A DNA stretch of 64,000 bases from positions 15,419,881-15,483,880 of the forward strand of contig NC_092678.1 of assembly GCF_964355755.1 (NCBI RefSeq), in the 5' to 3' direction. A program made the position numbers and the translations under genes. Positions within the stretch are counted from its first letter, which is position 1. Each line of letters starts with the position of its first letter. The notes beneath the pieces are model-generated. The model was given only the letters and a program-made list of their open reading frames with translations, made no database searches and was not told the DNA's origin. This DNA is from Antedon mediterranea. Its lineage: Eukaryota; Animalia; Echinodermata. Below are positions 63,214-64,000 of this stretch, piece after piece.

Positions 63214-64000
63214 TTATGAACTGAACGATGAAATACGAATGTATTTCTTGAAAACAGAAGATTTCCATCTCCCAAATTGTTGAATGAGGCTATCTGACAT
63301 GCCTAATGACGCAGCATGTGTTGCTGCCCCAATACGAAAACTGTGGCCCTTGTAATGGCTCGGATTCAACCCAATAAACGACACTGCCGCTCTCAGCCGG
63401 CACGACACAAATTGTTGTGTAACCGCCTTGCCATCAAGGTGCTGAAACAAGGGACCTGTGGACTGTTGGCCATGTGCGAGGTAGTTTGTTAGTGCGGCTA
63501 CTGGGCAGTACTTTTCTCTAACCCATGGTGCAAATGATACCGAAACGGGGGGTTTTCCAACTCCAGTTTTGTGGTGTCGTATTATGATTAAGGCCCCAGT
63601 TTCGTTCAGAGTTAAATCGTTGCGCTGTACTACGTTCGAATCTTTGGCTTTAGATGCCAATTCTCCAAGTCGAAAAAACCCCGGAAACGCTGTAAGAAAT
63701 AATGCTTCAAGTAACAAACGATGGGGTAGTAATGGTTCTATAAACTGCAATGCATCGAGTAGCCTAATCAAGATCCCTTTTGTTATGGGAAGCCGAGAGT
63801 CCACTTTTGCCGCCCTAGAATGAATTCCGCGGATAATTTTTTGAACGAGGAAAAACCCGCTAGGATCCGGTAGGCCTACTAACTTGTGTACGAACGAGAT
63901 TGCAGACATATGCGAGGAAATTGTTCCCGGTGCCAGACCTTTGTCAAATAAATGAGACAGGAAATTACAAATTGTACCTACATTAAGTGGTAAGGGTACT
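63214..64000 (-). CDS. Tyrosine recombinase of a DIRS/Ngaro-type retrotransposon (5' end outside window)
   Basis: Catalytic residues in FRLGEL, HHKT, HSFRIGAAT and GRWKSS..KYIR; frame stays open to the window edge (..FLSHLFDKGLAPGTISSHMSAISFVH). Confidence 0.88.
   Translation of the reverse strand, partial: VPLPLNVGTICNFLSHLFDKGLAPGTISSHMSAISFVHKLVGLPDPSGFFLVQKIIRGIHSRAAKVDSRLPITKGILIRLLDALQFIEPLLPHRLLLEALFLTAFPGFFRLGELASKAKDSNVVQRNDLTLNETGALIIIRHHKTGVGKPPVSVSFAPWVREKYCPVAALTNYLAHGQQSTGPLFQHLDGKAVTQQFVSCRLRAAVSFIGLNPSHYKGHSFRIGAATHAASLGMSDSLIQQFGRWKSSVFKKYIRISSFSS

Noticed and set aside
63214-64000. Phage integrase or bacterial contamination
   Set aside because: Motifs fit eukaryotic YR retroelements and the flanks are animal repeats

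Overview
AT-rich, intron-rich animal genomic DNA. It is probably a marine deuterostome invertebrate such as an echinoderm, inferred from Deu-domain SINEs and the transposon content. Host genes are a 17-exon DNAJC2/zuotin (MPP11) gene on the minus strand (2007-27404) and two near-identical galactose-3-O-sulfotransferase (GAL3ST-like) catalytic exons on the plus strand (<1-714 and 56710-57790). The DNAJC2 model has two apparent lesions: a 1-nt phase conflict at exon 1/2 and a CG acceptor at exon 8. The rest is mostly mobile DNA. It includes a 4.8-kb AcademX-type element with its XPG/Cys-finger coding region in both arms, a Sola-like element with ~520-bp TIRs, and a DIRS/Ngaro-type tyrosine recombinase running off the right edge. 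There are also MITEs of many classes, a solo LTR, L2/CR1/RTE fragments, and 5S- and tRNA-headed SINEs. Two standout structures are a perfect 226-bp palindrome carrying a minimal hammerhead ribozyme on each strand and a 3 x 2479-bp tandem array with a mosaic middle unit. All calls were made by eye, with no database searches.
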